Positions 15,197-28,802 of a stretch of DNA of 64,000 nucleotides are shown in pieces. The notes below the pieces were generated by a model, which did no database searches, was not told where the DNA came from, and saw only the letters and a list, made by a program, of their open reading frames with translations. This DNA comes from Paraspadella gotoi (taxonomy: Eukaryota > Animalia > Chaetognatha), in the NCBI GenBank assembly GCA_051294375.1, contig CM119265.1:17984484-18048483 (forward strand), given 5' to 3'. The position numbers were made by a program, and so were the translations under genes. The number at the start of each line of letters is the position of its first letter. The stretch's first letter is position 1.

Positions 15197-16117
15197 GACT
15201 GAGTTTCACAAAACTGTCTTATTTCTATCTATTGTAAAACAAAACGTCACTACGACTTGCGACGACAGTAACTGTGCCGCGACAAAGTTTATATTTCGCC
15301 AAAGGTTCAGTGAATCTTTGTACTTTAATGGCCGCTGGCATCATCGCCGTCGCCTGCCGCCCGCCGCCACCGCCGCCGCCGCCCGGCCCAACAGCCCCCG
15401 CCCTTCTACCCCCTATCAGCCAGACAGGCCTCTCCATTGCCTTTTATAACGTGAAAGTGAAATGTGAATCGCCGTTGTGTCCGATCATTAATATCATCGA
15501 TGTTATAATCTCTAATTAATATTTACTTACTTCTCGTCTATTTCCCTTATCTTTGATAGATAACTTTTTAATAATTTGTATTTAATCTTTCGTAGTTTTG
15601 TTTGCTCAATCGGTTGTTTCCAGTTATCCTGACGTAGATCGTTATTCAGTTCATTTTTCGCTGCTGCTCGAGGAGAACAAAAAACTCGATAGACCTAGCA
15701 ACAACAACGGAATCGACGGCGTCAACATCAACGTTGCTGTTCGTCAACGAAATGATTTATCACGACGCGCCGGTGGAAAGAGACTCGATGTGCTCATTTC
15801 CTGTTACTGGAGCTATCAGCCCGATAGCATTATTCTTCGTGTCAACGCCCCCCGAAACCTATTAATGAAAAAGAAAGAGAGCAGAGAGACGAGCGAGAGA
15901 GATGAGAGACGACGCGAGAGAGAAGAGAGCAGAGACGCTCATGCGATCTGGATGACGACAGAGACTTGATAACTTTTTTTCCTTCCTATGTCTCTTCTTT
16001 TTTCAGATTTGACGTTTTCGTGCGACGACGATGATTAAAGACGACGGACGACGAGGCGACGACGACGACGACGCGACGACGACGATCGACGGCGATAGCG
16101 CTTAAAAGAGGGAAGGC

Positions 16118-18686
16118 CGCGAATCCGCGGCGGACTCTGCCAGTGTCGCTGCCGACTTTGCCGGTTTTGTTGCCGACTCTGCCGGTCCGGACACCGACTC
16201 CATCTGAATTTAAGACGAAGAAAGTTATTTTTGGAATAATCGAGAACTGTTATGAAATGCGGAATGAACATCGAGGTACAGTGAAATAAAAGTTGTATCG
16301 TAGCCTATTGTAATAAATCGCTATTTCACTAAAAAAATACAACTTTAAAATTTGTTAACAAGAAAAAAAAAACGTCTGTTCGTTTTTCGAGTCATTAACT
16401 CGATTTTGATTTTTGGATCCACGAATTAATTCGAGATCGCGAAAAACAAGGGCGGGCGTCCGTCGGCGCGAGACGGCGCGCGTGGCGGAAATGACGCACG
16501 TGGCGCGGACGCACGTGATCATTGGCGCCGGGTAGGGAGGGGGAACGGGTGGAAAGGAAGGGGGTTGGGAAGTGGTTTCGGCTGTGGGTGAAGTCGTCGT
16601 TATAATCGTCGTTCCTTATGCGGTTATCTTCTTGGATCGAGAGCGAAGGATAAAGACTGAGGACGATGACAATGACGACGTCGATCGTAATGAGGATAAA
16701 GACGAAGACAACGTGACGATGACGATGACGAAGAAATCTACAGCGACACCCACCGAAATTTTGAAGTTTTAATTTCTTCTTGTTTTCGCCTTAAAACTCA
16801 TATAACGAGATTTTGCATTCACGTCGTGTTCACTCCTCACAGTTTCTCACGCGCGATTCTCGCGGAGTCTTCTTTGAATATGCATACAGAGGGCACGACT
16901 CTGTCTCTCTCGCGTTTTTTTTTCTGGTTACTCCTTCTTTTCCTTTTTGCTTATATTTCAGTTGAAAAAATCGACGATGAATGTATTTGCTATTTTGTTT
17001 TATTTCTTTATGTTTTTATGTCTTTACTCAACTCAGATTTCCTCTTTCTTTCACTCTAATATTTAGAGGAATTTTCTCTTGTACCCCCCTCCCTCTCACC
17101 TTTCTTTTCTTAACTCCATTCCTCCTAACCTCTCTTTTCCCCCTCCTCCCCTCCTTCTCTCCATCCCTCCGATTCTCATGTCGCCGCGTGGCTCTCCATT
17201 GGCTAATGAGGCGTGAGAATCCAATCACGTGACCGAAGACGTAGTCTAGCTTTTCGACCAATAGGAGTCCTCGTCGTTGGTTGAGTCGACGACGAATCCT
17301 CCAATCAGAAATCGAGTTATGAATCATTAGTCGACGACGTCAAAAGAGCGTCGAGTGTGAGAGAGAGAGGGAGAGAGATAGAGATGGTGGTAGGAGTGGT
17401 AAATAAAAAAAATCTGTGTGTTTTTCTGAGAGAAACCAGCGAAAGAGAGACAGAGACACAAAAATGGGCGGAGAAGGGAAAAACGGGGTACGTGTGAAAT
17501 TGAAAAGACCATGAAAAAAGGATATAATCCCAAGCGTAAGAGAGAGAGAGATCTGAAGGAGAGAGAGGAGAAAGAGAGAGAGTGATGGAAGAAGAGAGAG
17601 AGGAGAGAGGAGAGAGAGAGCAGACTAGAGCGCCAAGAGAAGAAAGGAGAGGCAGATTCAAGAAGATGAGAAGAGAAGGAGAGAGAATGATTCGGTAATA
17701 ATCTTTGCGAAAAATCGTGAACGAATGAAATGAGGGAAAACAAGGAGCAGACCAAATGAACATGGTGAAAATCTGAGGGCGACCGGTCTGTGGGTCGCGT
17801 CGGTGATTGATGAGATAGTAGACAGCCTGGACTACGTTCCGGGGTGATCCCAAAAAGAATGAAAAATAGACGAGCACGAGTTCGTTTTGACCTCAAGTTG
17901 ACAAGATCATGGAAACTTAAAAAATGTCGTTTACTATGACAGAGTTATATAAACAGTTGTATTTTTATTTTGTATAGTTTCTTTTACGTCGTTGTGTTTG
18001 TAATAATGTAAATATTAATATANNNNNNNNNNNNNNNNNNNNNNNNNNNNNNNNNNNNNNNNNNNNNNNNNNNNNNNNNNNNNNNNNNNNNNNNNNNNNN
18101 NNNNNNNNNNNNNNNNNNNNNNNNNNNNNNNNNNNNNNNNNNNNNNNNNNNNNNNNNNNNNNNNNNNNNNNNNNNNNNNNNNNNNNNNNNNNNNNNNNNN
18201 NNNNNNNNNNNNNNNNNNNNNNNNNNNNNNNNNNNNNNNNNNNNNNNNNNNNNNNNNNNNNNNNNNNNNNNACACTATTTGTGAAGTGAAAATCTCTTGA
18301 ATTTCACAATTGTAAAAAATCGCTGATGAAGGCTTGTTAATAAAAAGTCGAAACATGTCCGATCATTAATATCATCGATGTTGTAATTTAATTAATATTT
18401 ACTTTACTTCTCGTCTATTCTTATTTGATAGATAACTTTTAATTAATTTGTATCCTGACGTGATCGTTATTTTCAGTTCATTTTTCGCTGCTGTCGAAGA
18501 GAACAAAAAACTCGAAGACCCCAGCAACAACAACGGAATCGACGGCGTCAAACATCAACGATTGCGTCGTCAACGAAAGATTTATCACGAACGCGCCGGT
18601 GAAAGAGACTCGAGTGCTCATTTCCTGTTACTGGAGACTATCAGCGATAGATTATGTCTTCGTGTCAACGCCCGAAACCATTAATG

Positions 18687-18756
<70 letters not shown>

Positions 18757-18855
18757 GCTCATGGATCTGATGACGACAAGGACTTGATAACTTTTTTTCC
18801 TTCCTATTGTCTCTTCTTTTGTCAGATTTGACGTTCGTGCGACGACGATGATAAA

Positions 18856-18890
<35 letters not shown>

Positions 18891-18912
18891 CGATAGCTCT
18901 AAAGAGGAAGGC
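16118..18912 (+). repeat. Near-duplicate block A copy 2 plus block B (18355-18912, also at about 15476-16115)
   Basis: Read-through comparison by eye; spans N-gap 18023-18271. Boundaries are approximate. Confidence 0.85.
17198..17305. promoter_or_regulatory. CCAAT-box cluster with E-box (promoter-like); second copy at about 14045-14165
   Basis: ATTGG at 17198; CCAAT at 17221, 17258 and 17301; TCACGTGAC at 17225-17233; CpG-rich. Confidence 0.45.
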
Positions 18913-19477
18913 GAGAACGGTGCAGACGATAACGCCGACAACTATAGTTGACGATTCTAATGAAGATGATGGCAACGACTCTGCGGATAGATTCAACAAT
19001 GACAAAACCATCTTTTTTACCATAAAGGACAAAAATATGGTCGCTGCGGAGTTTTGCATAATTAATAATGTAAATTCACAATGGTCGTGGGATGCGTTCA
19101 CGAAATTGAAGAACCCGAGGTCTTCGACGACGGCAACGACGACGACGACGACGACTACGACGATGCTGCTCTCGAATTACCGCAAATATCTGCTCTCAAA
19201 CTTGTACATTTGAAAATTCGATTCGCGTTTAATCGAGTCGCGTTTAAAGAACAGTTCTTTTTTTATTTCATTTTTTATTAGTCAAAGTAACAAAGGTTTT
19301 TAGTATCGCGTCGCTTCCAAAACGGCCGAACGTTTACCCTTTCCTCTTTCTTTTGTATTTCCTTATCTCCCCTCCCCCTCGAAAATTTTTGGGATCCATT
19401 CCATTGATATTTCGACTTTTAGGCGGAAGTTTTCAATTTTTACGATCTTTGGGAGTCTATATATGAAGAGAGGGAGG

Positions 19478-19598
<121 letters not shown>

Positions 19599-20259
19599 TT
19601 TGGTTATCGCTTTGTGTTCTTTTTATTTTTCCTTTTGTCAAAGTGACAATCGAGGCTCGTAAAGCTTGTCTAGCGTGAAAGAGAATTGAGTCGAGTGAGG
19701 GCGCCACCCTTTTCTTCTCCGCCTCGACTCTACCACTTTCTCTGCCCGCCTGAAGCCCGCCAATGTCCGCCTCCACCCTCACGTTCACATCTACCTCGAC
19801 GATGCTTTTCTCATCAAGTTAACCGCTAAGAAGCATCCAAGAATTTAACGCCAAAGTTTCGTTTGTATTTCAAGTCATCCGCATTTGAATTAGAATTGAA
19901 CATGAGANNNNNNNNNNNNNNNNNNNNNNNNNAGCAGCGTCGTTACATTCGAAATCGCTTTTCTTCTCTCTCAGGAAAGAATGGATGAGATCTTAAGGAC
20001 CAGGTGCATTACTACAGAGCAGGAGAGAGTTTAGAGACAGAGAGGAGAGAGAGAGAGAGAGAGACGAGAGAGAGTAGCAGAAGAGAGAGCAGGAGCAGAG
20101 AGGAGATGAGAGAGAGAAGAGAGAGAGATGAGAGAGAGAGAGGATCTCTGAGTCGTCGCCTGGCAACGTCTTCTCTATTCTTCGACGCGGGAAGCCAAAC
20201 GATATGACGCAATATTATCGGCGTCGATATTTCGCTTGCACCGCGTCTACCGGACACAG

Positions 20260-21736
20260 CCCGCCGATCGGAGGATACGAGAGAGATCACTTCCAGAGAG
20301 ACGACCTTGTCACATCCATTTATTAGTATGTTTAATTTGTGTAAGCCAGTCTCTTTGTTAACAAATTTCGTGGAAATGCTTGGACTTGAATTGTGTTTGT
20401 TGTGATATTGTACCAATAAATAAAAATTATACCATAAGCGATGTTTCACAACTTCTATTTCTAATCTAATGTACAAAAACCGTCTACGACTTGGACGGAC
20501 AGGTTACTGGCCGCCGCAAAAGTTTATATTTGGCCAAAAGTTCAGTGAATCTTTGTACTTTATGGCCGGCTGGCTATATGCCGTCGCTGCCGCCGCGCAC
20601 CGCGCGCCGCCGGCCGCCGCGCACAGCCCGCCCTCTACCCTATCAGCAGACATGGCTCTCCATTGTTAAACGTGAAATGTGAAAATGTGAATCGCGCATT
20701 GTGAATCGCGGGAACGCGGGGTTAGATATTCGGCCGACTTTAAGAGAGCGTGAACCGGCGATAAATCGTTGGCGGGACGGAGGATGAGGAGGAGGGGTGA
20801 CGAAGCGGATGATGGGTGCTGAAGGGGTTCGGGAGGACTTGGGGGAAGCACGCGAGGGTGGTGAGTAGTAAGAAAGTTTCAACTAGGGGAAATATTTCCA
20901 TTAAAAAATGGGCGGATGATCGGTCAGGGTTCGCGAGAATGCGAAACGTGTCAGTAAAAGCATTATTTGGAATAATATAACGAAGTGGATCTATTTATTT
21001 ATTTTTATTTATTTATTCGTTGATTAATTTAATTGATTAATTAATACATTTATCAATTTATTTATGTAAGTTAGCAAAACTACTTTTTCTTCACTATCTT
21101 TACTTTTTACTTTTTTAGATTAAATTAACTATATTTATGATATATTTTTTGTTAAAATATATTTTGTGTTAAATATTAAATAAATAATTTAATTTATTTA
21201 TTTATTCTTATATATTATTTTGGGGGTTTTTTCCTCTTTCGTTCGTATTCTTTTCTTTTCTCTCTTTCTTTTAATTTTTCTCTCTTCATTACTTAATTCC
21301 ATTTTCTGTCTCAGTTCCATCAAATGTTCCTTTTCTGTCATGTGCAAGTTTTCCCTCCAATCATCGTCCGCTCTTCAATATTCCGGTCGGTCAGGTTTTC
21401 TCGCACGTCGATCGAACTTACTCCTTGAAGAGCTTTCGCTTCTAACTTAACTTTTTTTTCGAGGGCTAGAGCTGGCGGAGCGCGGAGGCGCAGCCACTCG
21501 AGTTCGCTGCCTTTTCCAGTAGACAAAAGGAAAACGACAAAAACACATGATAATCTGATTTTTAAAGTTTTCACTCGCTGTTCATTTTAGAGGCATGTTA
21601 ATTTGTGTTATTATTTTCATAAATCCTGCTTGAAAAAAAATGTATTCAAGTCTTGAACACTCTTTTTCAATACGATCATTAAAAGGAAGCTTATTGCATT
21701 CTTGATTAAAAGAAAGTATCTTCTCTTCTCTCTCTC

Positions 21737-21788
<52 letters not shown>

Positions 21789-21841
21789 CTTCTCCGATTC
21801 CGGCGTAAATCCGACAAAGACAATCATCAACACGACAATAT

Positions 21842-21912
<71 letters not shown>

Positions 21913-24900
21913 AGAGAGAGAGCTCGAACCCCGCGAGGCCCGATGACAAGCCTGGACGAAGTTATGGAAAAGAAGAGCTAATTTTTTTCTGATTTAGACG
22001 CAATAAAAGTCCGTTTTTAACTGCGGTTAATTCGATCGGCTTACGAGATCGGCTTTCCGATCGCTCTTCGTTTCGCGTTACTTTTCGCTTCTCGGTTCGC
22101 TGATGGCGATTTTTTTTCGGCACCCGAACCTCTGTAAAGAGAAAGTTTTACATGGCGGAAAGAAGAGGATTGGCGGCGATTTGCGGGACGCTAGAGGGGG
22201 GAGGGGAAAAGGGGGGGGCGGGGGTTAGGAAGAGGGAAGAATTGGGGGGGGCGGGTACGGATAAATTGAAGAAAATGACAATTTAAAGACGGGAGGAGAG
22301 AAAGTATGAAATATTAAAAACGGTGAATAGAGAAACTTAACGTTTGCTCGCTAACAAAATGAAGGGTTGTTCCCACGAATAAAAGTATTAAAAGAGTCAA
22401 ATTAGTTCAACGGAAAAAAAAAAATCTATTGTTAAAAAAAACAAAAACATTTAAAAAGCTGCATTTTTGACAAGACGTTGGATTTGTGGTCGCATTCTGG
22501 CATTTTCTTTCGCTACCTTAACGCCCGAACTTTCTTGGCGAATTTCATTCGCGCGACAATCTTCATCGAGAAAGACTCGAGAAGAAAGGAACGGCTGCGA
22601 ATCAATCATTAGTCGAAGAACACGAGAAAAAGAGATACGACTTCCATGAATAACTTCAAACCGCAAACCGCGAAAGTCTCATTTTTCCTTCGCCTTTCAC
22701 TCCCATCCACGTCCAACTTTTTTAAAAGGGGGAGGGGGGGGAAAAGGCAGTCGGCCAGCTTTAGGCTCGACAACTTTGTTGGAGGGAGTTTATTTCGACG
22801 GTTGAAGATAATTGTCAGTCGGCTTTTTGTTTAGTTTTAGTAAAATAAACACAGGTGGTTTCCGATGGAATTGTCAATCCAATCAGAATTAAATTTTGTT
22901 TGTTAGGATTCCGTTATCGCATTAAAATTTGAATCGATTAATAATCAGATCAATCATTACTTTATTATTCATCGAATCATGCAATTGACATCTAAGTTAT
23001 TTAAATGATATAGTTTCGCCCAACGATTTAAATGGAACTGACGGTGGGTCTTGATCGTCGATAGTTTATCAAGTATTTTGAGTATTACGTAGTAGAACTA
23101 TCTAAATCAAATTTTCTTCCGGTATTCAGCGTCTCGGAAACAAACTTCTTGAAAAATCGTTTTATAATAAACGAAATCTCTCTTTTGTTCTCACCCCGCA
23201 GCAAGTAATATCAAATTAAGTTGGAAGAAAAGAAATTCTTTTTTTTTTCTTTTTTCATTGTTAATTAAAAAAAGAAAAAAAATCATTCCGAATTTCGCTC
23301 TTAACTAAACAAAGGACTGCGAAGGACTACATTAAGAAGAAATTAAAACGAACGAAGAGAAAAAGAAAGAAAATGGAATATTTGGCAAAAGAAATTGGTT
23401 TTGGGCGGAATTAGTCGGTAGGAGAGACGACGACAACTAAAAATTTGACAAACGACAATCGACCAATTCGGCAAAATGATGAACGATGAGCAAAAAAAAT
23501 TCTCTTTTTTTATTTTTTCAAATTTCTGACAATTATTTCTTCCACCATCGAATAAGTTTGAACATAGTAAAAAATTCGAAGTGCATATCGTTTTCAGATC
23601 GAAAAACGTAAACCGAAAATCATTAAATAGGATTTAATTCTCTTAATTTTTTTTCGTTGTCGTCGCGTCGTCGTCGTCGTGTTTCTTTCAATACAACGAA
23701 TCCAACCTCCGAAGTCCAAAGCTGTTGAGCTAGCGTAGAACGCTTGGCCTCGTATCCGATCCCAGTGCACCCGTCGGTTCCGCCGGCGGCCCAACGGACA
23801 CAGATTCCCTTTTTAAAAAAAAGATATAGGATGTAATTCTTTTTAAAAGCGATCGGTTTATCTGCGGTGATTAAGTGCGCCTCATCTCGCGAAACAGAAA
23901 ACTGATCCGATCTGATTTGTGGCTCGTAATTCTGGAACGCGCAGGTAGCCGCGACCATGACGGTGGGACGACGAGGGCGACGACGACGAAAAATTGGTTC
24001 GAAATGGCGTTATTGTTGAATTTACTCTTCGTTTAGCGATGCGCGACGTCTGGAGGAAAACTCGTTGTTCTCCGATTAATTACATGAAATTCTTCTTTAG
24101 AAAAGCTTTTTTTGGGGGGAGAATAATGTTATCAATCCCTCCAAAGACGTTTTGGTTGGAATTTCATTGTAAAAGAAGCAAGGTGATAAGCGTGCTAAAT
24201 TACTGGAATGTTCAAAATTGTTTCTTTTATTGTTTTAATGTTTTATCTTTTTTATCGTCTAACTGTCAAAATTTTGTTTCTTTTATTTCAAAAAAACAAA
24301 AAACACTAGAATTAAACTGGACATTTGACTCCAAATTTTGAACCGAAACGTTGAAGTAGAATTTATTTACAAATTTACAAAAATATGGAGGCGACCTCTG
24401 CCGATTAGCGATGAGATGTGTGGCAGATGAAGAAGCGGTTTCCGCCGAAGAATCGTTGAATCGACGTTGGGCTGGAAAAATAAGATTTACAAAACGATAT
24501 TAGAAACAACATACAACACAAGCGACAATGGACGATCGTCAGGCAGCCTTCTCTTTTACGATGACATTTTGGGAGATTTGATGACAACGAATATCCGGAA
24601 TCAATGATTTTAAGTATGACGACGACAGATCTATATAAAGGATGCAACGACTTGGTGAGAGGAAAAATGTTAAAAAATCCCAACCAACTTGTCAAGTTTG
24701 ATTGACGACGCACGAAGAAGAAACTTACCTCGTCAGGGGTTCTCGTCTACGTAAATTCGTCGTCATTTCGTCCACCTCATAAAACATCGTCTATTTGCAA
24801 CAGTAAAGGTCGTTAAGCTTTAAATGCTTATAAACAACAAACATCAAACAAAAAAACAAAGTTCATCTCTTATAAATCGTGTCAATGATAAATAAAATAT

Positions 24901-27150
24901 GCATGCCTTCTTTTTAGAATGCTCTTTGTGTGTATCTGACATTATAGCTAAATTGAACATCTATTTATGAGGAAAACGCATAATGTTTTTAGAAAGAGAA
25001 TATTTTCGGTTGTTATTTTGCTTTTGAGTAGGATAAAATAATTTTTATTATTAGTTATTATTATTATTATTTATTATTATTATTATTATATATTATATAT
25101 TATCTATTATTATTATATTATTATTATTATTTATTCATTTTCTTTTAATTTTTTTCCTTGCTTCTCTTTCAGCAACCTTCAACAACTAACGAAAGAAACA
25201 CACAACAACAAGCTCGACACAACACACAGACACGACACGACGACGACGACGACGAAACGAACGACGTACGACGACACGACGCGAACGATCGACGACGACA
25301 CTCGTTTAGTGACGCGAAATTCGAGGAATTCGACATCGGGCTCGAATTCGCTTGAATAGAAGTGACAAGACTTGCGTGTCACATGTAAACACTCTCGCCT
25401 CCCCATAATTTTCCTGCGCGCGCAACATGACATATCGTTGACACGCGCGTGCGATAGAAGGCGCGAGTGAAAGTGGAGAGCTAAGTGAGACGAAAAGAGA
25501 GAGAGAGAGTGTTTAGAGATGAACGATAATGGGATGACGATGTCAAAATGAGCGAATAATAGAAGAGTTCAAAGTTTGATATAGCGAATAGTTTACAGGC
25601 TCGACGATGTTTTTAAAAATCTTCAGCCATATACACGTTACATGAGTATTCTTAACGCCAGAAGTAAAATATCCATCATTTACGGTCAATTTTAACAAAT
25701 CAACAATGAGTTTTCTAATTCTTTTCATAAAAACCTTTTAAAACTTCTTTACGTATTAGAAGATAATAAAAAGAAAGAAAAAAACTTGCGATAAAAGGAA
25801 TAAAAAATAAAGAAAGCGATCCTAATCTATCCTCGTTTCTTTTGTTTTGGTCTGTTATCGAGACAAAAGGCTTCGGGAAGTCGTATCTGAAATCCCGCCT
25901 ATTCTTCCACCTTTCTTTCTTTCTCCTTTCTTTCGTTTTTTTTCCTCCTTTCTTCTTCTTCTTCTTCCTCTGATCCATAATTTCTCCACCTGTGCGCCGC
26001 ACTCATTGTTTCTTCTTTCGCCAGCAACAAACATTCGTCTTTCATCCCAGAAATCGCATCCCTTTTCTTTCCCTTTAACTCGTCCCTTTTTAGCGAGAGT
26101 AAACCCTTCTTCAATTCCATATCCGTTTCCTATTTTAACTTTCGAATGAAGAGAGGTTCTTGTAAGTTTATTGATCGCGTTTGCCCGCTTCAAATGCGTT
26201 CCCTCTCACTCGGTTCATAAAATTTAACGACTCAACAACGTTGATTCATTTTTCGCTCACTTTCAGTTTACTCGCTGTGGTTCATGTCATTCAATGTCCA
26301 TTTCTTAATCTTTCAACTCTGACTGACCACTTTAATTCTTCTAAATTTTATTAATTCATAAATGAGAGTTCTTATGACCAACGCATCTATCTGTTAAAAC
26401 CACTCGTGTTCTCCCAATGACCAACTCACTACCAACGAGACCACCCCTTATTTATCTCAGTGTTCCCACAACCTCTCTCCCACTCAGCCCACTTTTTCCC
26501 CCCACCCCTTCCTTATTTCTTCTCGTTGTTAATTCATTTTCGAGTTCGAGGTCGCGACCGAAATTTTCTTTTGTCTTTCATTCCTGGATAAATAACCAAG
26601 ATGACAAGAGAAGATGACGACGACGAAGCTGAAGAAAAACGACAGTTGGCGTAAAAAGGCAAGAAGAGACAGACGAAGACTGAATCAAAGAATATGTAAG
26701 CCGAGTAACTATAACATTTATCTTTATGACCGCCCAATGACAAAGTCGAAAACAGGCAATTGCTCTAAAGAAAAACTTCTATCAAAATGAAGCATTCGGG
26801 TTCTATTCAATCCATAAATCTCTACATACTCAACATATCTTTTCTTACTCCTTTTTTTTTCTCCCCAAATACCTCTTGTTTCACCCACCATGCCCGTCAC
26901 AGCGCGTCACCCCGAAATGTATGCCCCGTACACTCACGTCGTGTCTCGTTTCTCTCATTTCTCTCTCCACTTTGCGGCTTATTTTTTTTTTTTTTTTTGA
27001 GAATCGCGTCCTCACGTAGCAATTTTTTCCCTTTATCTGCTTCAGATTCACAAGCAAACCGGCTCGACCAATCGGACGCTTTCGACAGGTCGCCGCCTCG
27101 AACCAATCCGAGCGGAGCGTTGAGAGTTTTTGCCTCTTTGTTCCTACAGC
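20260..27150 (+). repeat. Tandem ~6.8-kb duplication, copy 1
   Basis: Begins ccgccgatcggaggatac and ends gagagtttttgcctctttgttcct; collinear with 27151-33865, with dense small indels. Confidence 0.9.
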
Positions 27151-27501
27151 GCCGCCGATCGGAGGATACCGAGACGATCACTTCCAGAGTGACGACCTTG
27201 GTCACATCCAATGGTTATAATTAGTATGTTTAATTTCGTAAGCCAGTCTACTTTGTTAAACAAATTTCGTGGAAATTGGCTTGGATTGAAATTGTCGTTT
27301 AGTTGTGATANNNNNNNNNNNNNNNNNNNNNNNNNNNNNNNNNNNNNNNNNNNNNNNNNNNNNNNNNNNNNNNNNNNNNNNNNNNNNNNNNNNNNNNNNN
27401 NNNNNNNNNNNNNNNNNNNNNNNNNNNNNNNNNNNNNNNNNNNNNNNNNNNNNNNNNNNNNNNNNNNNNNNNNNNNNNNNNNNNNNNNNNNNNNNNNNNN
27501 N

Positions 27502-27537
<36 letters not shown>

Positions 27538-28740
27538 AGCCCCGCCCTCTACCCCCTATCAGCCAGACAGGCTCTCCATTGTTAAACGTGAAATGTGAAA
27601 TGTGAATCGCGCATTGTGAATCGCGGTGAACGCGGGTTAGATATCGGCCGACCTTTAAGAGAGCGTGAACCGGCGATAAATCGTTGGCGGGGACGGAGGA
27701 TGAGGAGGAGGGGTGACGAAGGGGATGGATGGGTGGAAGGGTGTTCGGAGGACTGGGGGAAGCCACGCTGAGGTGGTGAGTAGTAGAGAAGTTCAAAGGG
27801 AAATATTTTCGATTAAAAAATGGCGATGATCGGTCAGGGCTCGGCGAGATGCGAACCGTGTCAGTAAAACCAGTTATTTGGAATCAAATAACGAGTGCGA
27901 TTATTTATTTATTTTATTTATTTATTCGTTGATTAATTAATTGATTAATTAATAATTTATCAATTTATTTATGTAAGTTGCAAAACTACTTTTTTTCACT
28001 ATCTTTACTTTTTACTTTTTAGATTTAAAATAACTATTATTTATGATATATTTATTTGTTAAAATATTTTTGTGTTAAATATTTAAATATAATAAATTTA
28101 ATTTATTTATTTTATTTTATATATTATTTTTGGGGGGTTTTTCTCTTTCGTCGTATTTTCTTTCTTTCTTTCTCTCTTTCTTTTATTTTTCTCTCTTCAT
28201 TACTTTTAATCTCCATTTCTCGTTCCGTTCCATCAAATGTCTTTTCCTGTCATTGCAAGTGTTTCCCTCCAATTCATCGTCCGCTCTCAATATTCCGGTC
28301 CGGTCAGGTTTTCCTCCGCACGTCGATCGAACTTACCTCCTGAAGAGCTTTCCTGTTTCTAACTTACTTTTTTTTCGAGGGCTAGAGTCGCGCCGGAGCG
28401 CGGAGGTGCGAGCCACTCGAGTCCGCTGCCTTTTCCAGTCAGACAAACAGGAAAAACGACAAAACAACATGATAATCTGATTTTAAAGTTTCACTCGTGT
28501 CTCATTTTAGAGGCATGTTAATTGTGTTATTATTTTCATAAATCCTGCTTGAAAAAAAAATGTATCCAAGTCCTTGAAACTCTTTTTCAATAACGATCAT
28601 TAAACAAGGAAGCTTATTGCATCTCTTGATAAAACGAGTATCTCTCNNNNNNNNNNNNNNNNNNNNNNNNNNNNNNNNNNNNNNNNNNNNNNNNNNNNNN
28701 NNNNNNNNNNNNNNNNNNNNNNNNNNNNNNNNNNNNNNNN

Positions 28741-28802
<62 letters not shown>

